Assembly: GCA_030390025.1 (NCBI GenBank)
Contig: CM059432.1
Coordinates: 82,462,001 to 82,526,000, forward strand
Origin: Squalus acanthias
Lineage: Eukaryota
Length of the DNA stretch: 64,000 bases
Direction of reading: 5' to 3'
In this document: one piece after another, positions 48,735 through 61,494 of the stretch
Position numbering within the stretch: the stretch's first letter is position 1
How the letters are laid out: every line of letters begins with the position of its first letter
Translations under genes and position numbers: made by a program
The notes under the pieces: generated by a model
Told to the model about the DNA's origin: nothing
Seen by the model: only the letters and a program-made list of their open reading frames with translations
Databases searched by the model: none

Positions 48735-51700
48735 TATTACAAAGTACTTACAGCACAGAAACAGGCCATTTGGCCCAACAGGTTTATGTTCCACACAAGC
48801 CTCCTTCCACCCTCTTCATCTACGCCCATCAACATATCCTTCTATTCCTTTCTCCTTCAAGTGCTTATCCAGTTTCCCCTTAAATGCATCTATGCTATTC
48901 GCCTCAACTACTCCTTGTGGTAGCGAGTTCCTCATTCTAACCACTCTCTGGATAAAGAAGTTTCTCCTGAATTCCCTATTGGATTTATTAGTGACTATCT
49001 TATATTTATGGCCCCTAGTTCTGGTCTCCCCACAAGTGGAAATATCTTCTCTACGTCTACCCTATCAAACCCTTTCATAATCTTGAAGACCTCTATCAGG
49101 TTACCCCTCAGTCTTCTCTTTTCTAGAGAAAAGAGCCTCAGCCTGCTCAATCTTTCCTGATAGGTATAACCTCTCAGTTCTGGTATTAATCTAGTGAATC
49201 TTTTTTGCACCTTCTCCAGTGCATCTATATCTTTTTATAATACGGAGACCAGTATTGTACACGGTACTCCAAGTGTGGATTAACCAAGTTTCGATACAAG
49301 TTTTCCATAACATCTCTGCTTTTCAATTCTATCCCTCTAGAAATAAACCCTAGTGCTTTGTTTGCTTTTTTTATGGCCTTATTAACCTGCAAAGCTACTT
49401 TTAGTGATTTGTGTATCTGTACCCCCAGATCCCTCTTTTCCTCTACCCCATTTAGACACTTATTTTCCAAGGAGTATATGGCCTCCTTATTCTTCCTACC
49501 AAAATCTATTACCTCGCACTTATATATATTGAAGTTCACTTGCCAATTACACGCCAATTCTGCAAGTTTATTAATGTCTTCTTGTAATTTGTTGCAGTCC
49601 TCCCCTGTATTCAATACACCCCCAATTTGGACTCATCTGTAAAATTTGAAATTGTGCTTCCGATTCCCGAATCCAAATCGTTTATGTAAATGGTGAACAA
49701 CAGTGGTCCGAGCACTGATCCTTGTGGAACACCATTTCCCAATATGTGCCAATCTGAGTAACGGTTTTCTGTTTTGTAGCCAGCTTGCTTTCCATTCTGC
49801 TACTTGTCCCCTGACTCCACATGTTCTGACCTTAGTCATAAGTCTACTATGTGGTACCTTAGCGAAGACATTTTGAAAATATATTACATCTATTACACTA
49901 CCCGCATCTACCCTTTCTGTTACTTCTTCAAAGAATTCACTAGGGTTGGTCAAGCATGACCTTCCCTTTTGGAATCCATGTTGACTATTCTTTATTATAT
50001 TTTCAGTTTCTAAATGTTTGTCTATTACATCTTTGATTAAGGATACCATTGTCTTTCCTACCCCCAACGTTAGCTTATTAATGTTTAGTTTTCTGGACAT
50101 GTTCCATCTCTCTTTACATATATATATATATATATATATATGGGCATCACATTAGCTGTCCACCAGTCCTCTGCCACTATTCTCTTTTCTAATGAATTTA
50201 TATTTCTTCTGTTGTTTAGGTGTCTATAGAACACTTTACTATTCCTTGATAATGTAATTTTGTAGTTTCTCTTTTCCTTCCTAATTTTTTTTTTGACTTC
50301 CTTCCTAACCTTTTCGTATTCCCTTTTGTCATCCTATCCTTTGTTGTCTATGTACTTGGTTTATGCCTTTTTCTTTAGTTTCAATTTTGCCCTTATTCCT
50401 TTATTCCTCCATGGTGTGTCATTACTGGCTAGTTTGCTTTTTAGTGGGATATATTTCTCCTGGACTATATTGATCACTGCTTTAAATGTTTCCCACTACT
50501 TTTCTATTTCTGAGTGTCAGCCGTGGCTCAGTTGGTAGCACCCTCGCCTTTGACTCAGAAGGTTGTGGATTCAAGTCCCACTCCAGAGACTTGTGCACAA
50601 AATCTAGGCTGACACTCCAGCGCAGTGCTGAGGGAGTGCTGCAGTGTCGGAGGTGCCGTCTTTTGGATGAGACATTAAACCGAGGCACCATCTGCTCTCT
50701 CAGGTGGACATAAAAGATCCCATGGCATAATTTTGAAGAAGAGCAGGGGAGTTATCCACGGTGTCCTAGCCAATATTTATCCCTCGATCAACATCACTAA
50801 AACAGATTATCTGGTCATTGTTACATTGCTGTTTGTGGGAGCTACTGTGCACAAATTGACTGCCGCATTTCCTACATTACAACAGTGACTACACTTCAAA
50901 AAGTACTTAATTGGCTGTTAAGCGCTTTGGGATGTCTGGTGGTCGTGAAAGACGCTCTATAAATGCAAGTCTTTCTTTCTTTGTCAGTAAGTTTCCCACT
51001 GCTGTTCTATTTCTTTGTCAGTAAATTTTTCCAGTTTATTTTCCCTCGTTCCATTCTCATCCCTTTAAAATCAGTTTTTTTCCAATTTATTACTTTTGTC
51101 TGTCTTACTTATGTTCTTCTCAATCTTTATCTTAAACCTTATTATGTTGTGATCGCTATTGCCTAGATGTTCCGCTAAACTTACTTCTCTTATGTGTCCT
51201 GGTTCATTTCTCATTATTAGATCCAGCAGTTCTCCCTCTCTTGTTGGGCTTTTTACATACTGGGTAAGAAAGGAGTTCTGCACACATTGTAAAAACTTCA
51301 TTCCCTGTACCCCTTTTGATGTCTCTTCTTGCCAGTTTATTTGGGGGTAGCTAAAATCCCCCATGATTATTATTCTATGTCCTTAACTCATTTCATATAA
51401 TTGGTTATATATTACCACCTCCACCTCCTTTCCACGATTAGGTGGTCTATAATATACCCCTATTAGCGTGATCAATCGCTTCTTTTATTTTATTTCAATC
51501 CATATAGATTCTGTTTCTAACCTTCTGTTAGTTATGTCCTTTTTTTCTACTGCCATTATGTTATCTCTAATTAGTAGAGCTACCCACCCCCTTCTTCCTT
51601 CCCTATCCTTTCTGATTATGTTATAACTTGCAATATTTAGTTTCAAGTCCTGTTCTTTATGTAGCCATGTATCAGTGATTCCTACTACATCTGGTTCCTC

Positions 51701-52500
51701 GCTACGGATTATTGCCTCCAGTTCCCCCATTTTATTTTGGATGCTGTGTACATTTCTGTACAGGCAGTTTAACTCGTCTTTAATAGTTGTTCCTTTTACT
51801 TTATTTTTAACAGTCCTTTTATGCTTCTTTTTAATAACTGTATTTGTTCCCTGACCCTTTATGTTATCCTTGTTCCACACTTTGCTCTGAACTTTACTTT
51901 CATCCCCTTTTTTTTCACCAGATCCCTCCCCCCATCTTACTAGTTTAAAGTCCTATCAACAGCCCTATTTATCCTTTCCTCTAGGCCACTGGTCCCACTC
52001 CCAGTGGTACAGCTCCTTCCTGTCCCAGTATTGGTGCCAGTGTTCCAAGAAATGGAACCCCTCCTTCCACACCAGTCTTGCAGCCACGCTTTCACCTTCC
52101 TGATCTGCCTAACCCAATGACAATTAGCATGTGGCTCAGTAGTAATCCCAAGATTACCAGCTGTGAGGTCCTGTTTTTTAATTTGGTTCCTAACTTCTGA
52201 TATTCCCTTAGCAGGACCTCCTCCCTTTTCTTCTCTATATCATTGGTCCCAACATGGACCACGGCAACTGGATCTTCCCCCTCCCTTTCCAAGTTCCTCT
52301 CCAGTTGCTCCGAGATATCCTTTACCTTTGCACCAGGTAGGCAACACACCCTTCTGGACTCTCAGTCGCGACTGCAGAGGACACTATCTATCCCTCTAAA
52401 TATTGAATCCCCTATGAATACAACCTTTCTATTCTGCTCTTTCCCCCTTGGACCGCCTCCTGCTCCATGGTGCCATGGTTAGCATTCTGGCTGTCCACCT
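48735..52500 (-). mobile_element. Long decayed CR1 LINE (ORF1 esterase, APE endonuclease and RT remnants)
   Basis: CCLPGAKVKD..VHVGTND; YRNVHSI..VVGITDTW; MGDFSYP..LGNSDH; QHGFQKGRSCLTN; C-terminus and tail. Confidence 0.9.
50512..50981 (+). mobile_element. Full-length tRNA-derived Deu-domain SINE (SacSINE1-like) inserted in CR1
   Basis: A box TGGCTCAGTTGG, B box GATTCAAGTCC, core GGTGCCGTCTTTTGGATGAGACATTAAACCGAGG...AAAAGATCCCATGGCA, (CTTT)n tail. Confidence 0.88.
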
Positions 52501-52659
52501 ACAGCCTGTGGCATTACAGAGTCTATTTATTGCAAATGAGCCATCAGCCTATTACAAAACTGTGATGGAGAATTAACATAAAAGAAGTCAGGAGGAGGAA
52601 GAGTTTAAACTAAAGTGACCCACTAATTCCAGCTTATTTTTTTGAATGTACTGTCAAAG

Positions 52660-53340
52660 TAAAGAAAATGAGAAGTCGCACAACACCAGGTTATAGTCCA
52701 ACAGATTTATTTAATTTTACAAGCTTTCGGAGCTGTCGCTCCTTCCTCAGGTAAGTTAGCAGTGAGAGAATCTCCCAGAATTCACAATTTAAACACAGAC
52801 AAAATCTATTCAAATCTTTCCCTACATCAAAGACACAGTAAGAGCACAGCCAAGACAATGAGATGTGTCCCAGGGGGTCCAACGTGTCAAACCACCTGCT
52901 GGCTGCATATCCTGTCAATTTGTGTTGGTTCTTGTGTTAGTCTTTTTAAAAAAAACACCTGGGAAGACCGGCCATGATGTCAAGTCACGTTCTGTATCGT
53001 GACATGAACCCGATATCGCGATTGAGGCCATCCTCATGAGTGCGGAACTTGGCTATCAGTTTCTGCTCTATGATTTTGCGCTGTCGTGTATCCCGAAGGC
53101 CGCCTTGGAGAACGCTTACCCGCAGATCCGAGGCTGAATGCCCCTGGCTGCTGAAGTGTTCCCCGACTGGGAGGGAACCCTCCTGCCTGGCGATTGTTGC
53201 GCGGTGTCCGTTCATACGTTGTCTCAGTGTCTGCATGGTCTCGCCGATGTACCATGCTCTGGAGCATCCTTTACTGCAACGTATCAGGTAGACAACGTTG
53301 GCCGAGTCACATGAGTATGTACCGTGTACCTGGTGGGTAG
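52660..53340 (-). mobile_element. Penelope-like 3' fragment (family 2): GIY-YIG domain plus terminal repeat
   Basis: YSCDSANVVYLIRCSKGCSRAWYIGETMQTLRQRMNGHR...EQKLIAKFRTHEDGLNRD, followed by a UTR with the hammerhead motif and AATAAA. Confidence 0.9.
52717..52754 (-). ncRNA. Minimal hammerhead ribozyme motif with intact core
   Basis: TTAC-CTGAGGA-A-GGAGC-GACA-GCTCC-GAAA-GC-TT-GTAA. Confidence 0.78.
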
Positions 53341-54009
53341 AAAGATTGTGGGGGCATGCAGATTGAAATCAAAACCAAATCTATGTATTAACATTAGTGG
53401 GCCATCAGGCAGTATAGCTTGTGCATAGTCTTCGCCTTTTCCTATCATTTAAAAGGAATTTTACAACCATCATATGATGAAGCAGGAAGAGCTCTGTTAA
53501 CGTGCATCTTCAAAGCTAGAGAACCTGACGGCACCATTCACCAGACTGGCACTGGCATGGATCAGGAAACACTAAGCTTTGCCTTCTAGCTGATGCATGC
53601 ATCATCATGACAGGAAAACCTAACTGATTCATCCAATTAAAAGTACAACATTTTCTTCTCCCTATTTAAGTTTGTGTCACCACTCCTGAAAAAATCCTAA
53701 GAGATAAGTGGCGTACACCGCACACAGGCAACGTAGGGAGCCATATACTGCTGGGTAGCTGGTGGTCACCAATTTTCTATTTGTGAATGTCTCAATGGCA
53801 GAAGAACTGTGTATCTGCCATCAGCAGTAGTCCTTTAAAGTGAAATTCTTTTATGTAGGTTTCTTTTTTTTCTCTGACTTTCAGAAAACTATAAGTCATT
53901 CCTCATTATAAAAATTCTCTGGAAACCACACAAAAGCAGGGCTACAGCAGCAGCTGTTTTATGACAACGGGTTGGGAACGCCAGTTCAACAACAATTAAT
54001 TAGAGAAAT

Positions 54010-54556
54010 ATAAACAGAAAATGCTGGAAATACTCAGCAGGTCAGACAGTATCTGTGGAAAGAAACAGAGTTAATGTTTCAGGTCGATGACCTTTAGTCA
54101 GAACTGGAAAAAGTTAGAGATATAATAGATTTTAAGCAAGTGCAGGGCAAGGAAAGAGGGGAGGGGAGGAAAGAACAAAAGGGAAGGTCTGTGATAGGGT
54201 GGAAGGCAGGAGAGACTAAAAGACAAAAGGGATGATGGTGTAAGGCAAAAGGGGATGGTAATCGACAAATAGAGGAGCTGTAAATGACAACAGCAGAACA
54301 TTACCAGAACTTGCTGTCCAAAGAAATGGGAGCAGTGGTTATGGTCTGAAATTGTTGAACTCAATGTTGAGTCCAGAAGGTTGCAAAGTGCTTAATCGAA
54401 AGATGAGGTGCTGTTCCTTGAGCTTACGTTGAGCTTCATTGCAACAGTGTAGGAGGCCGAGGACAGAGAGGTCAGAGTGGAATGGAGAACTAAAATGGCA
54501 AGCGACCGGAAGCTCAGGGTCACGCTTGCAGACTGAACGGAGGTGTTCACAAAGCA
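54010..54556 (-). mobile_element. Penelope-like 3' fragment (family 1) with mutated hammerhead at 54069-54105
   Basis: EHLRSVCKRDPELPVACHF..EQHLIFRLSTLQPSGLNIEF; AGTT-CTGACTA-A-AGGTC-ATC-GACCT-GAAA-CA-TT-AACT. Confidence 0.88.
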
Positions 54557-55810
54557 TACTCCATGATCTGGGGAACATCTTCTGAGACTATAAATTGGAA
54601 TCTTCAAATAAGCTACAACTAACTGTATGTGCTGTAACGTAGGCTGTGGTTGGACCCAAAAGTTAAATGCGGGTGAATGTAGCAAAAAAACTGATTCTAC
54701 ATTTGCAGCAGAAGCGTATTATTTTAGTATTAATTGTTTGGATTATCCTAATAAAACTCAACACAATGGATACCTCACAGCAAAGCTCGAGTGGTTTACA
54801 ACTGCCATATAAATTCCAAAATAAGATTATAGCCTTCAAATCCCTTGACAAAATCTAGTATTATTAAGTCAGAAGATACGGTTTTATAATGACAGGAGTA
54901 TTATACCACATAACACAAAATGCATTATTATACAGGAAGGGGAGTGCTTATATCTTAATAATCCTTTTCTAATGCGGGTAAAAGGACGGCCGTGAGAAAA
55001 ACAATCGGATGTTAACATGCTACTGCGTTTAACAATGTAGGCAGGAGATTAAAATGGCAGGGGTTTGCAGTGCATTCCAGAAGCACACCGCTCCCCACCC
55101 CCACAATCCCCCACCATTTAAACTTGCCTGAACTCAGGAATGCGAAAGCTGAACGCCCCAGAGAAGCAGGGTCCTAAATTCAATGGCAAAGTCCTGTCCC
55201 GTTGACCTCAATGGGATGTGCACCCCATTTTAACCGCGTGCCCGACTAAGCCACGCACAATCTACAACCCACCAGCGAAAGCTGACAGCAACAAGAATTT
55301 TGACTCCCATCCGCCGGGGGTGGCATCATGCCCGCCAGCTTCAGGGCGGGGTGGAGGTCAGTGTCGGGTCGTATAAATGAGACTCATGAGTTCAAATCTC
55401 CCGGGTCTCGGGTGGTGACGAACTGTTCGTCCCAGCACCCCCAATTCTCATCCTGAGTTAAAATCAGGGTTTAACTTACCAGCTGAACTCTCTGAGGGGA
55501 CAATGCTGTAAATAGACACATCTACGTCAATTAGAGGCTAATTGCTGTTTCTCAAGGAAGTTTGACAATGTTAAAATTTGGCCGCCAACCTCTGAGTTCC
55601 ACGATCAGCTGCTGAACATGCAGTATCTTGATACTTCTGTCCGCCCAGTGGCTCAATGCTGACTCCTCCAGTAATTGTGGGGTTGGATAATTTTACATTT
55701 CTGGGCACTGGGAGACCTGAAAAATTCATGTGGGAGGGAGCGGAGGAAGTAGTCCTGAAGGACGCGAGCGCAGGATTTGAAGCTGGGTCTGCACCTAGCA
55801 AGCTGAAGAA

Positions 55811-57300
55811 ATGGTTCCAATGAGAACTACTAAGAGGAGAGCTGCAAACTCGCTTAGAGAGTGATGTTAATCATCTGCTTATTGAAATAAGGCACAGGAG
55901 CAATGCAATGGTGGGCATGGGTGTAGGTGGGAAGAGACCCCCCAATACAGTAGCTAGAACCACATGGAATAAGGTGGCACAGTCAGTGAGTGGCAACTCC
56001 CTAACCCCCAGGTCCCTTCTCTAGTGTAGGAAGAAATGTAATGACTTCACAAGCTCAGCAAAGTGCATGTGATGGTAGCAGGCTGCCATTCATCGAGATT
56101 TTAAACTTTTCAGACTACAACTTCAGCGTATAACCCTGTGAATTCAATGAATTCTACAGACTCCTTCAAATGGAACAATAGAAGTATATCACTGGAGTAT
56201 CATGCAATGCAAGCATGGTATTTAAGGCATCATTTTCTCTCTGAGAACTCCATCAGAGAAGTAATAAGAGTTCTCCAATAGTCGTGAAATAAACCAGTCT
56301 GCGTCTGAAAGTAAAATGCTTTCTGCTCTAATGTAGGGAAAATTGGTGCGTAGACCTGTGAATGACAAGCTACAAGAGGAGAAACTGCAGACATTCATCT
56401 AGCAACCCAGCAGGAGGAGGAAGCAATGGATGTACTGGGCTCCAACTCAGCAGTGTTGATAGAGGAAGGAGACATGGGAGGTCTCGTACCCACGGTTGGT
56501 TTGTGCAGAACTAGTGCCAATGTTAAACAATAAAAACAATTTTAATTTCTGAAATTTATGCTGAGGTGATCATTACATAAGTAGAACAGTAAGGAAAAAG
56601 ATAGTATGAAATTCTGCATTTCTCTATCTTTTTCTCTCTCTACAAGAGCTGGGGATATGAAAGTGACCTTGAGCAGCAGTGACAGCCAGCAAAAGTTCAC
56701 CCATTACGTCATTCACCAGCCCAGATGGACAGGGTGATACAGATAGTGTAGGTAAGGGGTGGACACTGGGTGATGCGCAATCCACAAGGAAACCAGAGAA
56801 AGAGAAATTGGGACTGGACAATGATGTTCCTAAGTGGTGGCGAAGGAAAAGTCAGTATCTCACTGAAGAGCATTCAGAGGAACATCTCAGGGCACTGCAC
56901 AGCCTCAGTGAAAAATCTCAGGGCACTGCACAGCCTCAGTGAAAATGTGCAGCAGAATGCATGGATGCTGCAATTCTTTGCAGCAATATCTGAGAGCAGC
57001 AGCTATGAGAGTTCTGGGCTTTGGTAGGATGGAGGAAGCTTCTGGGGTATGACAATGGTGTAGAGGGGGCACCTCTGGTTTGTTAACACTGGAGTTTGAA
57101 CGTGGGATTTGATTTACGGGACGATTCCTGGGGTCTAGCAGCAATATGGCGGGGGGGCGCGCTGGTCCCAGGATTCAGGAGCACTGAGGGGGGTAATAGG
57201 ATCTGTCAGCATTGAGAGTGGAAGGTTCCAGGAGGTTTCACCATTAGGGAAGTTGCGAGTGTATAGAAGACTGAGGAGATCTACCATGTGTTCTTACTTT
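55811..57300 (+). pseudogene. Old Harbinger Myb/SANT gene remnant
   Basis: ..KRPPNTVARTTWNKVAQSVS..PRSLL*CRKKCNDFTSSAK|gt at ~55930-56065; downstream exon-like remnants; right extent uncertain. Confidence 0.6.
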
Positions 57301-57551
57301 ACACCAAGGAAAGAGTCCGGGAGCGGGAGCAGTCAAATAACAACAACTGCGAAACCGCTAAAGTGACGTCATAACCAGGGAAGGAGCTGACTGGTAAGTA
57401 GGACCTGGTGAGTATTTCTACAGTCCAGTCGTTAAAGTAAAAGTAAGGTCTCTAGTTTAGAGTAAGTAGTGTTTAAAGGGAAGTAAGGTCCCTAGTGTAT
57501 TTAATATTCTTTAATTTAAAGGAAGCAAAGGGAGTAAATTAAGGGTAGGAC

Positions 57552-58501
57552 ATGGCAGGGCAGCTCGGCAGCGTGGAGTGTTCCTCTGTGTTATGTGGGA
57601 AGTCAGGGACACTTTCGGTGTCCAGGGCGAACACATGTGCAGGAAGTGCCTCCAGCTGCAGCTACTCGAAATCTGCGTTTCGGAGCTGGAACTACGGCTG
57701 GAGTCACTGTGGAGCATCCGCAAAGCTGAGATCTTCGTGGCTAGCACGTTTAACGAGGTGGTCACACCGCAGGTGAAGAGTGCACAGGCAGACAGGAAAT
57801 GGGTGACCGCCAGACAGAGTAAAAGAACTAGGAAGGTTGTGCAGGAGTCCCCTGTGTCCATCTCCCTCTCCGACAAATTTTCCGTTTTGGATACTGCTGG
57901 GGGAGATGGTTTCTCAGGCGAATGCAGCAAGAGCCAAGTCCGTGGCACTACGCGTGGCTCAGCTGCACAGGAGGGGAGGAAAAAATGTGGGCGAGCAATA
58001 GTGATAGGGGATTCTATCGTAAGGGGAACAGACAGACGTTTCTGTGGCCGCAGATGTGACTCCAGGATGGTATGTTGCCTCCCTGGTGCCAGGGTCAAGG
58101 ATGTCACTGAACGGCTGCAGGGCATTCTGAAGGGGGAGGGCGAACAGTCAGAGGTCGTGGTTCACATTGGTACCAACGACATGGGTAGAAAGAGGGATGA
58201 GGTCCTGCAACAAGAATTTAGGGAGCTAGGTAGCAGATCAAAAAGCAGGACCTCAAAGGTTGTAATCTCTGGATTACTCCCGGTGCCATGTGCTAGTGAG
58301 TATAGGAATAGGAGGATAGAGCAGATGAATGCGTGGCTAAAGAGTTGGTGCTGGAGGGAGGACTTTAGTTTCCTGGATCACTGGGTCTGCTTCTGGGGAA
58401 GGTGGGACCTGTACAAGTCGGACGGGTTGCAACTGAACCGGAACGGGACCAACATCCTTGCGGGGAGGTTTGCTAGTACTGTTGGGGGGGGTTTAAACTA
58501 A
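57552..58501 (+). pseudogene. CR1 ORF1: zinc finger, leucine zipper and SGNH esterase
   Basis: CxxC..CRKC, heptad leucines, GDSIVRG, HIGTND, DGLQLN. Frameshift at ~57585; the usual catalytic His reads Gln. Confidence 0.9.
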
Positions 58502-58620
58502 CTTGGCAGGGGGATGGGATACGGAGTGGAGCTATAGTAGGGGGTGATGCACAGCCAAATATAGAGGAAAAAACAAGTCAGCCTGGAAGGCAGAGCAAAT
58601 ATGTAACAGCACAAGGGAGT

Positions 58621-61422
58621 ATGGCAAGGCTAGATGGCATTTATTTCAATGCAAGGAGTCTTGCGAGTAAGGCAGATGAATTGAAGGTGTTGATGAATAC
58701 ATGGGAGTATGATATTGTTGCTATCACAGAGACATGGTTGAGGGAGGGGCAGGACTGGCAGCTCAATATTCCGGGGTATAGAATCTTCAGGCGAGACAGA
58801 GGAGGGTGTAAAGGAGGAGGGGGTGTCGCAATATTAATCAAGGAGTCAATTACTGCTGTAAGGAGGGATGATATCTTAGCAGGTTCCTCTAATGAGGCCA
58901 TATAGGTCGAACTTAAAAACAAAAAGAGGGCAAGCACTTTGCTGGGAGTGTACTATAGGCCCCCAAACAGTCAGGGGGAGATAGAGGAACAGATATGTAG
59001 GCAAATCTCAGAGAAGTGTAGAAATAATAGGGTAGTAATAGTTGGGGATTTCAACTTCCCCAATATTAACTGGGATAGTCAGAGTGTGAAAGGCTTAGAG
59101 GGTACGGAATTCTTAATGTGCATCCAGGAGAGCTTTTTGAGCCAGCATGTAGAAAGTCCTACAAGAGAGGGGGCGGTACTGGACCTAATTCTAGGGAATG
59201 TAGCCGGGCAAGTGGTAGAAGTGTCAGTAGGAGAGCATTTTGGTGACAGTGACCATAATTCGGTGAGATTTAAGGTAGTCATGGTAAAGGATAAAGATGG
59301 ACTGGAAATAAAGGTTCTAAATTGGGGGAAGGCCGATTTTAATATGCTAAGGCAGGATCTGGCCAAAGTGGACTGGGATCAGCTACTTGTAGGAAAATCC
59401 ACATCAGAGCAGTGGGAGTCTTTCAGAAAGGAAATAGAGAGAGTACAACGCCAACATGTTCCCGTAAAGGTCAAGGGTGGGACCAACAAGCCCAGGGAAT
59501 CCTGGATGTCAAGGGATATACAAGAATGGATTAGGAAAAAAAGGGAGGCTTTTGGCAGATACAAAGGACTAAAAACAGTGGAAGCCCGAGAGGAGTATAG
59601 AAAGTACAGGGGGGTACTTAAAAAAGAAATTAGGAGAGCGAAAAGGGGGCATGAAAAAACACTGGCGGGCAAAATAAAGGAAAATCCCAAGGTGTTTTAT
59701 AAGTATATTAAGGGCAAGAGGATAACCAGGGAAAGAGTAGGGCCCATTAGGGACCAAAGTGGCAATCTGTGTGTAGAGCCAGAAGATGTAGGTGAGGTTT
59801 TAAATGAATATTTTGCATCTGTGTTCACTATGGAGAAGGACGATATAGGCATAGAAATCAGGCAGGGGGATTGTGATATACTTGAACAAATTAGTATTGA
59901 GAGGGAGGAGGTACTAGCGGTTTTAGCGGGCTTAAAAGTGGATAAATCCCCAGGCCCAGACGAGATGTATTCCAGGCTGCTGTGTGAGGCAAGGGAGGAG
60001 ATTGCAGGGGCTCTGACACAAATTTTCAGAACCTCTCTGGCCACAGGGGAGGTGCCAGAGGACTGGAGAACAGCTAACGTAGTACCATTATTCAAGAAGG
60101 GTAGTAGGGATAAACCAGGGAATTGCAGGCCAGTGAGCCTAACATCAGTGGTAGGGAAATTATTGGAAAAAATTCTGAGGGACAGAATTAGTCTCCACTT
60201 GGAGAGGCAAGGATTAATCAAGGATAGTCAGCATGGCTTTGTCAGGGGGAGATCATGTCTAACCAATTTGATTGAATTTTTCGAGGGGGTGACTAGGTGT
60301 GTGGATGAGGGTAGTGCAGTTGATGTAGTCTACATGGACTTCAGTAAAGCTTTTGACAAAGTCCCGCATGGGAGACTGGTCAAGAAGCTAAGAGCCCATG
60401 GGATCCAGGGCAATTTGGCACATTGGCTTAGTGGCAGGAGGCAGAGGGTGATGGTCGAAGGTTGTTTTTGTGACTGGAAGCCTGTGTCCAGTGGTGTACC
60501 GCAGGGATCGGTGCTGGGTCCTTTGCTGTTTGTAGTGTACATTAATGATTTAGATATGAATGTAGGAGGTATGATCAGTAAGTTCGCAGATGACACGAAA
60601 ATTGGTGGAGTGGTAAATAGCGAGGAGGGAAGCCTCAGGCTACAGGACGATATAGACGGGTTGGTCAGATGGGCAGAACAGTGGCAAATGGAATTTAACC
60701 CTGAAAAGTGTGAGGTGATGCACTTTGGGAGGACTAACAAGGCAAGGGAATACACAATGAATGGTAGGACCCTAGGAAGGACAGAGGATCAGAGGGACCT
60801 TGGTGTGCATGTACATAGATCTCTGAAGGCAACAGGACAGGTAGATAAGGTGGTTAAAAAGGCATATGGGATACTTGCCTTCATTAGCCGAGGCACAGAA
60901 TATAAGAGCAGGGAGGTTATGATGGAGCTGTACAAAACGCTAGTTCGGCCACAGCTGGAATACTGTGTGCAGTTCTGGTCGCCACACTATAGGAAGGATG
61001 TGATTGCATTGGAGAGGGTGCAGAGGAGATTCACCAGGATGTTACCTGGGCTGGAGCGCTTCAGCTATGAAGAGAGACTGGACAGGCTGGGGTTGTATTC
61101 CTTAGAGCAGAGAAGGCTGATGGGGGACCTGATTGAGGTGTACAAAATTATGAGGGGCATAGATAGGATAGATAGAAAGGAACTTTTCCCCTTAGTAGAG
61201 GGGTCAATAACCAGGGGGTATAGTTTCAAGGTAAGGGGCAGGAGGTTTAGAGGGGATTTGAGGAAAAACTTTTTCACCCAGAGGGTGGTTGGAATCTGGA
61301 ACTCGCTGCCTGAAAGGGTGGTAGAGGCGGGAACCCTCACAACATTCAAGAAGCATTTAGATGAGCACTTGAAACGCCATAGCATACAAGGCTACGGACC
61401 AAGTGCTGGAAAATGGGATTAG
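58621..61422 (+). pseudogene. CR1 ORF2: APE endonuclease plus reverse transcriptase
   Basis: [42 protein letters not shown]. One in-frame TAG at 58903-58905 and an apparent small in-frame deletion at ~60420. Confidence 0.93.
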
Positions 61423-61494
61423 AATAGACAGGGCTTGATGGTTGGTGCGGACACGATGGGCCAAAGGGCCTCTTTCTGTGCTGTATAACTCTAT

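Larger units (their letters stand above)
57310..61494 (+). mobile_element. Near full-length CR1 LINE (~4.2 kb)
   Basis: 5' UTR, ORF1, ORF2 and a 3' tail ending CTGTGCTGTATAACTCTAT. 5' boundary approximate. Confidence 0.95.

Noticed and set aside
50512..50590. tRNA gene (also 43830-43902)
   Set aside because: The A and B boxes are the head of a SINE and continue into the SINE core and tail.
54069..54105. Active hammerhead
   Set aside because: The core reads CUGACUA (conserved G lost) and the stem III palindrome is broken; recorded only as a decayed copy.
57511..61385. Antisense ORFs over CR1 (and similar ones over Penelope and Harbinger elements)
   Set aside because: Shadow frames of transposon coding sequence.
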